A stretch of 64,000 nt of DNA from Octopus sinensis (GCF_006345805.1 NC_042997.1:52204001-52268000); one strand, 5' to 3'. Shown: positions 1 to 12,717, counted from the first letter of the stretch. Numbers and translations are program-made. Notes: generated by a model not told the origin, from the letters alone.

Positions 1-372
1 ATATGCTTGCCTAAGAGCATTTATCCATTTATTATTGTCAGTAGTGAATGATAGGAAGATTACAATATGGTAAGGTTTAAGAATAATAAGATAGACTATA
101 ATATTAATCCTTAATTAAAAGAAAGATAGAAACCATTTCATATAATGTGGTATTCTTCTCAAAAATGCTCTCCTTACCACTACTTACATGATCCACCCCA
201 TCATCTTTTCAACTCTCTTCCTCTCCCTCTCCACCCTGCTATTAATTCCTTTTCACTCCTTTGTTCCATGCCATACTTCTCAATTCTCTTCTCTTGTATA
301 CCTTTCCTAATCCATGGGCATAAGACCATTACCCACTCTTTCTTCTGCTTTTACTCATAGGAGCTACACAGG

Positions 373-589
373 TGTTATATCGCACGTTCGGATGGCATGC
401 CTTTGCCAATAACGTACCTCTACTCAACTACTGAACTCTCACTTCTGAGGACTCGACTCAACAAAACTCAACATCTAGTCTACCGACGGCTCCGGCTTGC
501 TTTACATGACGCTTCTCGTCTAGCTATCACATCCACTATTTATATATATTGGACTAGAATAATTATCGTCTGAGAGCATTCACCCAACA
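373..589 (-). mobile_element. 3' LTR of a Ty3/Gypsy-like retrotransposon (217 bp)
   Basis: TGTT...AACA termini at 373 and 589. On the minus strand it is immediately preceded by a polypurine tract AAAAGGGGGAGG (590-601) and lies downstream of the integrase ORF. Confidence 0.75.
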
Positions 590-763
590 CCTCCCCCTTT
601 TGAGAGAGATTTTTTTTCTAAACCCAAATTTATCAATTTTATTTCTTTGGTGAGAAACTGGCATTCTCTTAGTGTTAATTTCCATCACTTCTGTAGGTTT
701 TCGAATCATACCATATATCCATTGGTTTCTCTTGCCTCTCTTGATTTTTGGTATATCTTTTTT

Positions 764-1432
764 TTAAAAAAATGTTGTTCTTCTTTCCGAATTTTCTATT
801 TTCTGTTCATATAGGTTCAGCAACAATTTATCAAAAATAGAATGAATTTTTCTGGAAAACATCAAATCTGCAGGTGACCTACCTGACTCTGCATTTGGAT
901 TCAGTGTTATTATATAGACCAGCAAAAACTTTGTCATCTTTGTATCTTCAAAGGTTTCCCATCTGCTCTTTCTTAAAGCTCTCTTGAATGTGTCGACGAA
1001 TCTTTCCACTAACCCATTTGACCTTGGATGGTATGGCGGAGTTAACACATGCTTCATTTGAACCGACTTACAGAATCTTTTGAACTCCTTCGCCGTGAAT
1101 TGTGTACCATTATCTGATACGATCGTATCTGGCACCCCATAACGAGCAAATAATTCTTCCAAGAAGTCAATCGTTACACTTGTGGTTGGCCTTGAATATT
1201 TACACACTTCAGGCCATTTGGAATAGCTATCCACCACGGTGATATAATGAGAGCCATTTATTGGTACTGCGAAATCCACATGCAGTCTAGACCATGCCGA
1301 ATCCATTTTTGGCCACGGTTGAATCTGCACTGGGGCGCCTTTGCTGCCATAGCACATCTCCTACACTATTTTACCAGTCTCTCAATTTGCTTGTTCATAT
1401 TCGGCCAATAAACTTAATACATGAAGTAGTCC
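764..1432 (-). mobile_element. Ty3/Gypsy integrase fragment (5'-truncated pol remnant)
   Basis: ORF 764-1357 has rve core motifs (WSRLHVDF, VVDSYSKWPEV, GVPDTIVSDNGTQF, PPYHPRSNGLVERF). Bases 1358-1432 read as a disrupted YWP...C-RR-C zinc-finger end. Confidence 0.9.
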
Positions 1433-1772
1433 TCTTACTTATCAGATCCTGATAAATTGTCCAACCTAAGCCAGCATGGAAGCCAGATGTTAAATAACTT
1501 CTTCACCATAAAAAAAATCTAAAAGGATAAGATTGAATTTTTCTCTCTAAAACTTACAACACACATGAAAAAGTATTAAATAATTATTTATTTATTAAAA
1601 AGAAAAACTCAGATATTCTCTGCCATGGAATAACATTTCCATATACAGAATGCTGTATGTTATAATGTATTTCTGTCATGAGCTTTCATATGAAGCTAAT
1701 ACTTAGTGGTACAGCTATAATAAAAATACGAGAAAAGATATAAGTCATAAGAATTGAAGATTTTCTTCAACA

Positions 1773-1877
1773 TATTATTATTATAATAATAATAATAATA
1801 ATAATAACAATAACAATAACAACAATAACAATGATGATAATAATAATAATAATAATAATAACAATAATAATAACAAC
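1773..1877. repeat. (TAA)n/(CAA)n compound microsatellite
   Basis: Seen directly in the sequence. Confidence 0.95.
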
Positions 1878-1911
1878 ATGAAGTGAAAATGAAAATTCTA
1901 CAAATATTCAC

Positions 1912-2025
1912 CTATAAAGAAACTTTTTAATTGGCCATTCTTTGGTTGATGCTGATACAACAATATTACCAGAAGAATGCAGGATGTAAGAATCAAGATT
2001 CCAATTTCTCCTTGCAAAAATTATT
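1912..2025 (-). CDS. MRPL18: MRPL18 coding exon 4 (IIFARRNWNLDSYILHSSGNIVVSASTKEWPIKKFLY)
   Basis: Acceptor ttcttatcattttcag, donor AG|gtgaat. 114 nt, phase 2/2. The VVSASTKEWPIKKFLY segment matches the uL18m motif VVSASTREWAIKKHLY recalled from human. Confidence 0.9.
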
Positions 2026-2179
2026 CTGAAAATGATAAGAAAGTATTATATACATCACATATTAAATATTTATCTTAACTTTCATACGATTCATTGTTCT
2101 AGACTTTCAGTATTCTACAAAGAGATTTTTAGAATTTCTGAGTCAAGTACACCAACATCAAAAAATCAAATGGAAATTG

Positions 2180-2385
2180 TAGTTGTGATACCTGTGCCAG
2201 TGGCATGTAAAAAGCACCCACTACACTCACGGAGTGGTTGGCGTTAGGAAGGGCATCTAGCTGTAGAAGCACTGCCAGACCAGACTGGAGCCTGGTACAG
2301 CCTTCTGGCTTCCCAGACCCCAGTTGAACCGCCCAACCCATGCTAGCATGGAAAATGGACGTTAAATGATGATGATGATGATGAG
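2180..2385 (+). mobile_element. RTE-clade LINE 3' end / RTE-tail SINE (family B)
   Basis: GTGGTTGGCGTTAGGAAGGGCATC core and (GAT)n tail shared with many copies in the window. Confidence 0.75.
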
Positions 2386-3904
2386 TAGCCATTACCTTTT
2401 GCTTGTTTAATACAATATAATTCTATGCTGAAACTTGGAAACAACCTGCTTGTGCAAGTGCTGTCAATCAAAAACTCCACATACTGGATACTAGTTGGTT
2501 TCACAGGTCACCAGGAGAGAATGTGTGCCCTTTTGCTGCCTTTACAGCTCACCAGTAACATTGCACTCTCCCCACCTCACTGATATGAGGCCCTGCCTAC
2601 TGGATCAACTGACTGTAGAATACCAATTTTTAACCAGAATGTTGTATAAACATGAGAGCAAGAGGTTTTGGTATATTTTAGATTACCAGTAGGAACACTG
2701 ATTTCATATGTGAGTGATAACTGTTATAAATCATCAAAAACTAAAGTATACAAATGGGAAATAAACAAAAATGATTAAATGCTGTTGTCAAAAATTACAT
2801 TTTGATTTCAAGCCTGTCATACCAAGGCCAAATATATTGCATCAGTTACACACATCAATACATACTATTTCAATAACAATTCTACAAAGTGTATGTCACA
2901 TCAACGACATTTCTGTCAAGAACTGGTCTGTCATTTCATTCATGTTCTTGTCAAATATCTGTGTCTCAACCAGTAACATTGCTGTTAAGCATCTTCTAGT
3001 TAGAAACAGAAGATGCTTTGGAATTTACATGTAAGAAAATATTGCTGAATCTATCATGTTAAAAAATTACAAAACAAAAAATGGAATAAAACGAATTCCT
3101 CTATGATAAATAATTTGAACTATATCACTTTATCTGGAGAATACTAAGAAACAGTAAACAGAAGTAAACAATAAACAGATCAGTACCAAAGATTAAACTG
3201 TTCTATGTGAGATTAAACAGAATCCCATCTAAACAGGATTCCTTGAAGGCTGAATAAGCTACACGTTCCATTTATAACCCAAAAACATTTACTGAAGAAA
3301 TGATAAAGACTTGAGTCTTTTACTGGATTTTATCATTGAACACCACCACTTTCAGCAATTTAGCTCTTTCTATTGATCCTGGTAGTTATTTCATTTCAGT
3401 CTGATTTTAGTTTATCAATCTTTTGACATAAGATTCAGCCACACCTCTACTCTTGCTGCATTTAACCCTATCCACCCTTTCCAACCCTGTCCCCTTTCTC
3501 TCTTATTTTCACCTTCCTGTACCTTGAGAGTACATCCTGACACTTCACTGCCACCATCTTTATCTCTCTATTTGCTAGGGTAGCCATGTGTCTCCTCTAC
3601 AGCAAGACACCTGTTCCTGACCCCTCTATAATACTTTAACCTCTCAACATCTGGTATAAAGCCACTTCCTCTCTACTACACTTCCCCACTCAGTTAAGGG
3701 GATTATCTTGACTTTCATTAGTGCTGGTACTATGTATAAAAAAAGCACCCAGTCCACTCTGTAAAGTAGTTGACAATAGGAAGGGCATCTAGTCATAGAA
3801 ACTATGGCAAAGCAGACACTGGAGCTCAATGCAGTCTTCTGGCTCATCCAATCCTGTTGAGCCACCCAATCCAAGCCAGCATGGAAGATTAGCACTAAAT
3901 AATA

Positions 3905-4070
3905 GTATCTATTTCTTTATTGCCCACAGGGGGCTAAATATAGAGGGGACAAACAAGGACAGACAGAGGGATTAAGTCAATTACATCGACCCAGTGCGTA
4001 ACTGGTACTTATTTAATCGACCCCGAAAGGATGAAAGGCAAAGTCGACCTTGGCGGAATTTTGAACTAAA
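3905..4070 (-). mobile_element. SINE family C (Deu/Nin-like core), partial
   Basis: Reverse complement of GTCGACTTTGCCTTTCATCCTTTCGGGGTCGAT..AAGTACCAG, recurrent in the window. Confidence 0.7.
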
Positions 4071-6768
4071 TAATAGTATCACTACCACCACCACTGCATT
4101 CCTTTATATCAATACAGTAAGTCAGTAATTCAATAGAGGCCACTGAAGTCAGTATTAAACTGAAATAAATACTGAGGTAATATGAACAATAAAATGTCCT
4201 TGAAGGGAATACCCCAGCATGGCTTTAGTCCAATGACTAAAACCAGCAAAAGAATAAAGGAATACAATTAAGGACACGAGTAGACAATGGTGGATTTCTA
4301 ATTTAGAAAGATATCCATTTAATATACTTAGAAACTTCAAAGAGAAATCTTATTTGTTTTGTCTCAACAATACCCTTATTGGCTCCAACTCTCTTTTTCA
4401 TGAAACGCTAATTACTAATACTTAATTAGACATGTTTAATAGATGCAGTGTAAAATAGAAAATAGGTCAATGTAACAAACTATGTTTAATTTGTCAAGTT
4501 TATACTTGTGGTTTATTTTCAGTATTAATTGTTTAAGAATTATATCTGAAAGAAGTAATTCCCTTTCATATTTTAGTAATATAATAAGATAATGACCTTT
4601 AGTTAGGATCTGTAGGATGATGAGAGAGCCAACATGTTACCATCCTATTCTAAAACATTTTTAAGGCTATTAAGAATTTGTCCTTGTCTGTGTTTCCCAT
4701 CATGTACTGTATTTTATTCCTTTTCTAACCTTCATAAAAGAGAGGACCCCTCCCCACATTTAACTAAATCAGCTAGAAACAACAGCCAAATCACCCTAAA
4801 ATTATACCCTAACATCTCAAATAAGGAGAGAACACATTAGATAATGTAGCCTTATATATCCTCAAAGATGGCATGGTCATAGCAAGAATGCTTTTGAACA
4901 CTGACCTCAATCAGGCTTACTCTGGCTCTAAACAATGACTTTTACGTTATACTTGTAAGTCAACTACTTTTAAGATAGGTCGACTAACCACGGAGAAGTC
5001 CTCTGTGCAACTGTTATGCTCTTACTAACTACACCTCATCTCCTTTACTATGGCTGCCACCAGAATCTATGAGTATACAGGAATAGACTACAAAGTGGAG
5101 AGAATGTAATACGTTCAGATTGTTCTGCTGCACCCCATACATCATTGTACGTCAGAGTGTGCAGTACAGTCCACAGGCAGGTATAGCGAACAGGGAAAAT
5201 GGATTTGTAAGTCATGCTGTAGGGCAATCATCCAAGTACCTGCATGATCAAGGTTGGCCTGAGGCCAACCGTTACACTTGTTAGAGGAGCTCCTTTCAAA
5301 TCTTCACAAACAAACTCTACATTGGCAAATGGATGAGGTGATCATGGATCTCAGGTTCAATTCTACTGCAGGCAATTTGCTGTGTGTGTGAGAGAGGGGG
5401 GGAGAAAGAGAGGGAGAGATAGCGGAGAGGGGGAGGAGGAGGGAGAGACTAGGACATTCATTTCTATATTCTACATTTCACTTAGAAGTTGGAATAGGTA
5501 CTAAATCATCTGTGAATGTTGTCAAAGATAGACTGGCCAGTCTATCCAAGGGAAGACATCTCAAAACAACAAAACTAGAACTTAACACTAACCTTCAGTT
5601 AGTCATTCAAGTACAAGGAGGTTGATTTGTGCAACTCCACTTCTTATCCAAAGTATAGTAATAAGGAATTATGAAATAATATTGTGAGCTTTCCATCAAG
5701 AATATATATCACAATATTTGGAGGTCAAAGATCAAAAATACAAGAAACATAATTTTTTTTTTTAGTTTTATATTCCAGCAGAAATCTGCCATTAGCTATT
5801 ACTTTTTAGACAGGCATGAACAAATAACACACCAGATACCTTTCCATTTGCAGCCGAGTAGAAGCACATCTGCAATTAGAAGCTGTCTAGACATCAAGAA
5901 TGATAATAAGTGAGATGGGATATTGGAGGTGGGAATGTTAAGATTATCACTGCAGCTGAAGTTGTGCAAATGGAGGAAACGAAAAAGTCAATGAAAAAAA
6001 ATCTAAACTTTATCAAAGCTAACACACTCACACACACAAACACACGCAATCAAGAGTTTAGTAACAAAGTATAGTCAGTTATAAATGAAAAAAAAGGAAA
6101 GTGTTTTACTAAAATGGACAGCTACAATAATGAAAGAGATAACTTTAATAATCAAGATGCTGAAAGAGAAAGAAGTGGATGAAATGAATGGTATTATTCT
6201 TAAAAACTGTAAATGGCTGATCACTCAATAACCTAGAGTTACATGGAAGAAAGAAAGCTTTCTGATACAATATCCAAAAGCAGCCACATGAAAGCCAATA
6301 TTAACACCTTCATTCTTAGTAACCAAAGCTATAAATAGTGAATCACAAACAAACTATGAGGAATCTTTAGACAGCTGCCATAAGTTCTACAGTGAGAAGA
6401 CTATTATAGATTTCCTCTTCTTTTTGTTCTTCTTTTGCAGCAATTTCACAAACTCATTTGCTAACATTATAAATAACATGTACAGACTTACACCAATAAC
6501 TTTTTGTAAAAACAATATTATTTTTAACTATAGCATGGCTTTAGCTGTGATGGCTAAAAACGAACTAAAGAACTGACGTCAATAGTTCTTTTGGAGAAAT
6601 GTCTTAATTTAGTGTTCTGATAGTAGGAAGATAGAGGATAAAAAAACCAACAGACATTTGAAATGCATAAGTGGGAAAGCTGGTGTTTCATAGCAGATAT
6701 TTTTTATATGGAGAGATCAGAGGGAGGACGTGAAAAGGTTAAGGAAGTCAACTTAGGGAAGGAGAGAA

Positions 6769-6769
<1 letters not shown>

Positions 6770-6808
<39 letters not shown>

Positions 6809-6866
6809 TGTGTGTGTGTGTGGTGTGTGTGTGTGTGTGTGTGTGTGTGTTGTGTGTGTGTGTGCA
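6770..6866. repeat. (GA)n(GT)n microsatellite
   Basis: Seen directly in the sequence. Confidence 0.95.
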
Positions 6867-7253
6867 TGCATGTGTGGCTGGTGAAAGTTTGGAAAATGCT
6901 ACAGACTAGGTGATTGCAGAGTAAGAAATGATGCTGAGACGTTGAGCGATGAGGTTAATAATAACAAGACATAACTATAAATATAAAAGAATGTAGCTGA
7001 AATGTTCCTTATGGAAAAAATAGAAAAACCACAGAGAGAAAATAACAGGTAGGGGAGGGAGGCAAGTAGGGTAAATAAATATAGTAATACTATATAACAG
7101 AAAGGATATGCATTGCCAAAAGCAGAGGAAATGGTGTTATTTGGTAAATGGACACCGGCATACAGCTGAACAGAGGAGCAAAAAAAAAAAAAAAAAAAGA
7201 AACCGGATAATATATAAACAAAGAAAAAAATATGAAGGATTCAACACTTGCTA

Positions 7254-8704
7254 TCAGGTTGAGTAAAAAGTAAGCAATGTTTTGAACTATGAAGAATTTG
7301 TACTGGATTTTGCAGAGTTTTGAATTTTTTGAAAATAATATTTGCAATTGTCTGATAATACAGACATAGACTTGCCCAAATGCATAAATAAATTAACATT
7401 GATATTTTTTTCACCATTGTTTACAATCATTTGAAATAGAACTGTCAAAGTGTGATATTCGAGCAGTTTTGCTTTTCAACTTCACAAAAAGGATGTAAAG
7501 CAGCTGAAACTGCTCAAGATATCAAAAAAAATTTTGTGAGGAAATGACCAGAGAGTGGTTAGCTCTAAAATAGTTTAAACAATTTTGCAGTGGCAACCTG
7601 AGCCTTGAAGATCATGAGCATAGTGAACGTCCATCTGTCATCGAGAAAGATCTACATAAAACCTCTTGAGAACTGGTAAAAGAACTTTGAGTTAGCCAGA
7701 AAACTGTCTCCAACCATTTGCATCATCATCATCATCGTTTAACATCCGCTTTCCATGCTAGCATGGATTGGACGGTTTGACTGTGGGCTGGCAAACCAGA
7801 TGGCTGCACCAAGCTCCAGTTTTGATCTGGCAGAGTTTCTACAGCTTGATGCCCTTCCTAACGCCAACCATTCCGAGAGTGTAGTGGGTGCTTTTACGTG
7901 CAACAGGTACAGGGGCTAGTCAGGCCGTACTGGCAATGACCATGCTCGAATTTTTACACATGGGCCAGTCAGGCGGTACTGGCAACGACCTCACTTGAAT
8001 TTTTTGGGCCAGACAGGCAGTACTGGCAACGACCTCGCTCAAATTTTTTACACATGCCAACGGCACAGGTGGTAAGGCGATGCTGGTAAAAAGCTCGACA
8101 ATTTGAATGAAAATCAGAAAATGCACAGATATGAAATTTGCTCATTGCTTCTTCTCTGTAACCAGACCAATCCATTTCTTAACCATATTGCTGGGCTCGT
8201 CCACTATAACTTCTTGAAACCCAGAAAAACCATCACTGCAGAAACATATTGCCATGAAATTGCCAAAATGAATGAAAAACTGCTACTCCTCCATCCCAGG
8301 CAGGTCAACAGAAGAGGGTCAATCATTCTTCATGACAATGCTCAACCACACGTTTCACTAACGACACTCCAGAAGTCGAGGGAACTTGGCTACGAAGTTC
8401 TTCTCCACCTAGCTTATTTCCCAGATCTTTCTCCTACTAACTACCACTTTTTCAAGCACCTTGATGGTTTCCTGCGAGAGAAGGAATTCAAAAATCAAAC
8501 CAATGCTGAAAGTACATTCAAAGAGTTCGTCAGCTCCAGAACTCCAGTTTTTTATGTTACCAGAATAAACAAACTTGTAACTCATTGGCAAAAATGTCTT
8601 GATTGTAATAATACTTACTTTGATGAATAAAATTTCTGCACTGTTGGAATATATTGCAATGAATTTCATGTTTCAAAACATTGCTTACTTTTTACTCAGC
8701 CTGA
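7254..8704 (+). mobile_element. Mariner (DD34D) DNA transposon, defective, interrupted by an RTE 3' end
   Basis: TIRs TCAGG(T/C)TGAGTAAAAAGTAAGCAATGTTTTGAA at both ends with one mismatch, flanked by TA (7252-7253, 8705-8706). ORF 8103-8630 carries HDNAQPH and YFPDLSPTNYHFF motifs. A degenerate N-terminal part lies near 7430-7720. Confidence 0.92.
7722..8080 (-). mobile_element. RTE-clade 3' end (family B) with internal ~48 bp tandem repeat, inserted in the mariner
   Basis: (CAT)n tail, family B core, and about 3 imperfect units at 7915-8075. Confidence 0.8.
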
Positions 8705-9204
8705 TACATAGGTACAAGAAGTAAATAATGAGATATCAAAGAGGGTGTAGAATATTAGTTGTAAATAGATATGATTAATTTTCTACAACCAAGAACAAAC
8801 ATTTACAAAATAGAGAACAACTTAGACGTAAGAAATGAAGTTATTGTTGCTTAGCCCCAAGTCAGCCAGTACTGGGCATCCCAGCATTGAGCTTTCCATC
8901 ATATTGTTCAGGCATAGCATATTCTGGATAATGTCATACAGGACATCCTATGGTTTTTAAGACTTCAACAATGGATGGAGTAAGATTTAGCTGCTATTTA
9001 TAATATGAGGAGTGAATACATAGAAACATTTTGTTGACTCCTAGCACATGAAATGAAGAAATATAGTGAATATTTAAACAAATATTACTGATTATTAAAA
9101 ATATGGAAAGTGAAAAAGAGAAAACAGGAGTCACTAGAGAAACAATAACAGAAGGAACTAGAAAAGCACTCAGAGAGTGTAGACCTCAGCCAAACCAGCA
9201 CTAT

Positions 9205-9520
9205 GACAACGACCACCACCACTACCACCAATAACAATCACAACTATCTTACCACTATCACCACCACAACCACTAACATCATCAGCAGTATTGTCATTGC
9301 TTCCACTTCAACCACATACACTGCCATCAACGTTATTATGATGGTTATCTTGACAGTCACTTTCACCACCACAACCAGTATAACCACTACAATACCACCA
9401 TCACACAGCTAACACTATCATCAACACCACTATTACCACCATCACACTGCTCCTGTCACCATTATAACCACCGACCATCGTCAATCACCATAATCACCGT
9501 CAAAACTACAATCATCACAA
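9205..9520. repeat. Degenerate (ACC/ACT/ATC)n trinucleotide low-complexity tract
   Basis: Seen directly in the sequence. Confidence 0.8.
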
Positions 9521-9569
9521 TCAGTTTCTTTACACAGTTGAAAATCCATTATTTGATACTCATGGGACC

Positions 9570-10170
9570 AAGATTAACGCAGGTTTTTGATTGTTCTAAT
9601 TTCGGAGTGCTTTATTAAAAAAAAAAATTGCATCTACAAAATGGAACAGTTTGAGGATAGAAACCCAGTCTAAACACAATAGCTCATAGACATACTCTGA
9701 ATGTAGTTCTAAATAAATCTTTAATAATTTTTTTTTATACTTAAGACCATCAGAAATGTTAAGATATCAGCCTCTACCCACGTTGTCATGCTTTGATTAA
9801 AAGGTTACAGCATAGATTAGATTACTTAGATAAATTTCAGCCGAAGTTGACTCAGGTTATGTCTAATTTAATACCACCACCTGGAAAAGATACACAGTCA
9901 GCTCTGGGGAACCGTAGCCCATTCAAGCAGAGGGTTGTTGTTTTCAAAGTCATATCTGGGTGTGGGTGGTTTATCTGGAATTTGTTAGGATAATCATCTA
10001 GGGATTGTTTGAATGCCATGAAGTCACTTTCCTCCTTTATGTGTGTCTGGCACAATGTTGACAAGAGCAGAGTCAATTGAGGTGAAATAGTTCTGTCATA
10101 GTGTTGTGATATGACACGAACATTTCTGTAGTGGACAGATGGCACGGGGGCCAAGCCTCAGACGAATTTT
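9570..10170 (-). mobile_element. CR1/L2-type LINE 3' fragment
   Basis: Degenerate ORF2 C-terminus (FKQSLDDY...HP) similar to the 16.8-17.3 kb fragment. Confidence 0.6.
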
Positions 10171-10769
10171 AAAGATAGGCAATGTTGATGGAATATTTTC
10201 CACATCATACAGATGATATAGAGCTCACAGCAGTGGTGGAGGGAGTAAAGCCTGAGCTTTTTGAGTCGATCCCAATAGTCAAGGCTTGTCATGCCCTCGT
10301 CTGCAGACCTCCGCCAAGCAGCTCATTTTAAGATAGATACACGCATAAAATTACTAATAGAGAAACAAAAATAAACTTTGAAAACAGCAATGCCACCATA
10401 GGTTACGTTGAAACGATGAACATGTTTTCAAGGGAGATAATCAAAGAACGTAACATTGTAATACTTCATGTAAAGTAAATATAACAAATGAAAAATCCTT
10501 CAAGAATCCATAAATATTCCCGGATCACTACCAAAATTCCATCATCTGTTCCATGTGTCATTACCAACTTTTCCTGCAAGTTTCATCAAATACTGTTCAC
10601 AACTTTTTGAGTTATTTTGCACACAGACGGACAAACCAATGCTGTTGAAAACATAACCTCCTTCCTTGGCAGAGGTAATTACAGAATTAACATCAGAGTA
10701 ACAGCAGTAGCACAGTGTTAATGAAAACTGAAGATAGTGGAACAATGTTAAGACAATATTAACACTAAC

Positions 10770-10985
10770 AGAAGGCAGCGAGCTGGCAGAAAAATTAGCA
10801 TGCCAGGCGAAATGCTTAGCAGTATTTCGTTTGTCTTTACATTCTGAGTTCAAATTCTGCCAAGGTCGACTTTGCCTTTCATCCTTTTGAGGTCGATAAA
10901 TTAAGTACCAGTTGCATACTGGGGTCGATCTAATCAACTGGCCCCCTCCTCAAACATTTCGGGCCTTGTGCCTAGAGTAGAAAAG
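10770..10985 (+). mobile_element. SINE family C
   Basis: tRNA-like head with GAGTTCAAATTC B-box-like motif followed by the family C core. Confidence 0.75.
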
Positions 10986-11097
10986 AATATTAACAGTAAC
11001 AATGAAGAAGGTATTACAGTGTTGATGACAACAGTAAAAACAGTAACTGTAAAGGCAGTGGTACAACATTAACCGTAACAGTAAGGACAGTGTTACT

Positions 11098-11325
11098 TAT
11101 TTCTTTATTGCCCACAAGGGGCTAAACATAGAGGCGACAAACAAGGACAGACAAAGGGGTTAAGTCGATTACGTCGACCCCAGTGCATAACTGGTACTTA
11201 ATTTATCGACCCCGAAAGGATGAAAGGCAAAGTCGTCCTCGGCAGAATTTTAACTCAGAATGTAACGGCAGACGAAATACCACTAAGCATTTTGCCCAGT
11301 GTGCTAACAAATCTGCCAGCTCACC
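11098..11325 (-). mobile_element. SINE family C
   Basis: Near full-length reverse-complement copy. Confidence 0.75.
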
Positions 11326-11715
11326 GTGTTGTTACTGTGTTAATGGTAACAGTAAAGAGAGTGTAGCAGTATTAATGGTAACAGTGACACAGTGTTAATG
11401 ATAACAGAACAAGAAAAATATTAGAGTTTTAACAAACAGTTGACTAAAATAGAATATTGCTGGGTATAATATAAAGAAATCTAGAACAGTATTCACAGCT
11501 GAGTAATGGGAAGTGGAATAGTGTTAATAGTTTGGTAAAAATGTGATACAGTATTAACCTTTTAGCATTCAGGTTGCTCAGTCAAATGTAATGCTTGTTC
11601 ATTCACATTGTTTTGAGTTAATCATGTATAATCTTGCAGTTCTATATTTAAGAGATGAGGAATTAGGTACATTATTTACATTTTGACGGATTTTGTCCTC
11701 ATCTTGTTTGTTGTT

Positions 11716-11761
11716 AACACAACGTTTCAGCTGATATACCCTCCAGCCTTCATCAGGTATC
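11716..11761 (-). ncRNA. Minimal type I hammerhead ribozyme motif
   Basis: Minus strand reads gatac-CTGATGA-a-ggctg(gagggtatat)cagct-GAAAC-GTT-gtgtt. Stem I and stem II pair with G-U wobbles, and the palindromic AACGTT replaces stem III. Confidence 0.65.
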
Positions 11762-12004
11762 TTGGGGAAATATCGAACCTGGGTTCACATTCCTAAAATA
11801 TCTTTCTATGTTGTTGTTGTTATTATTATTATTATTCAGGTCACTGCCTGGAATCGAACTCAGAATCTTGGGGTTAAGAACACAGGCTACAGACCCCAAG
11901 ATTCCGAGTTCGATTCTAGGCAGTGACCTGAATAATAATAATAAAATAATAATAACATTGAAAAATACCTTGGGAATGAAAACCCAGGTTCGATATTTCC
12001 CCAA

Positions 12005-12050
12005 GACACCTGATGAAAGTTGGAGGGTATAACAGCTGAAACGCTGTGTT
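12005..12050 (+). ncRNA. Minimal type I hammerhead motif, cleavage triplet mutated (GCT)
   Basis: gacac-CTGATGA-a-agttg(gagggtataa)cagct-GAAAC-GCT-gtgtt. Confidence 0.5.
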
Positions 12051-12339
12051 AACAACAAACAAGATTGAGGTCAAAATCCGTCAAAATGTAAATAATGCAT
12101 GATTTCAATAATGTGATTATTTTTTGATTGACATTGTAAGGTAGGTGTGAGAGACCTGATCAGACTGGTTTGGACATAAAACAAGAATATTTTGGGTAGA
12201 TGTGACTAGTTTACATGTTAAAAGGTTAAGGGTAGAGTAATAGTGAGACTTAATTGTTATGAAAGTGAACAAATACGCTCCGGCATGGCCACAGTCAAAT
12301 GTCTGAAACAAGTAAAAGAATAAAAACCTATATGAACAA

Positions 12340-12715
12340 TAGATGCAGGCTGGCTGTGAGATAAAAAGCTTGCTTCCCAACCACATGGCTCCAGGTTCAG
12401 TCCCACAGCATGGAAACTTGAGTAAGTGGCTTCTACTATAGTCTCAAGCTGACCAAAGCCTTGAGTGGATTTGATAGATGGAAACTGAAAGAAGCCTGTT
12501 GTATATATATATATATATATGTATGTATATTTATGTGTGTGTATCTTTGTGTCTGTGTTTGCCCCCCACCCCACCATCACTTGACACCCAACTTAGCGGT
12601 TCAGCAAAAGACACCAATAGAACAAGCACTAGGCTTACAAAGAATAAATCCTGGGGGTGAATTTCTTCAACTAAAACCCTTAAAAGGGTGCAAAGGAATA
12701 AAAGAATAAATGAAC
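12340..12715 (+). mobile_element. tRNA-derived SINE family A
   Basis: GGCTGTGTGGTAAG-type head, GGTTCAGTCCCAC B-box-like motif, central (TA)/(TG) microsatellite. Confidence 0.8.
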
Positions 12716-12717
12716 AA

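Larger units (their letters stand above)
11670..12097. mobile_element. Head-to-head fold-back of a tRNA-headed, hammerhead-bearing element (arms about 205 bp, 18 nt spacer)
   Basis: 11670-11874 is the reverse complement of 11893-12097, with substitutions and indels. The arms contain a GTTCGATTC B-box/T-arm, an (AAT)n tract and a CTGATGA...GAAAC motif. Confidence 0.85.

Noticed and set aside
7915-8075. Regularly spaced repeats superficially like a CRISPR array (also 18180-18350, 20485-20640)
   Set aside because: The units are contiguous tandem repeats without unique spacers, lie inside RTE 3' ends, and there are no cas genes. The DNA is eukaryotic.
10500-10680. Repeat-like segment ending AACATAACCTCCTTCCTTGGCAGAGGTAAT
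   Set aside because: Probably a non-autonomous DNA element fragment, but I could not define both ends or a family from the sequence alone.
11872-11930. Possible tRNA gene
   Set aside because: Only part of a cloverleaf is present (no 5' acceptor strand or complete A-box), and it runs into a repeat body, so it is treated as a tRNA-derived head.
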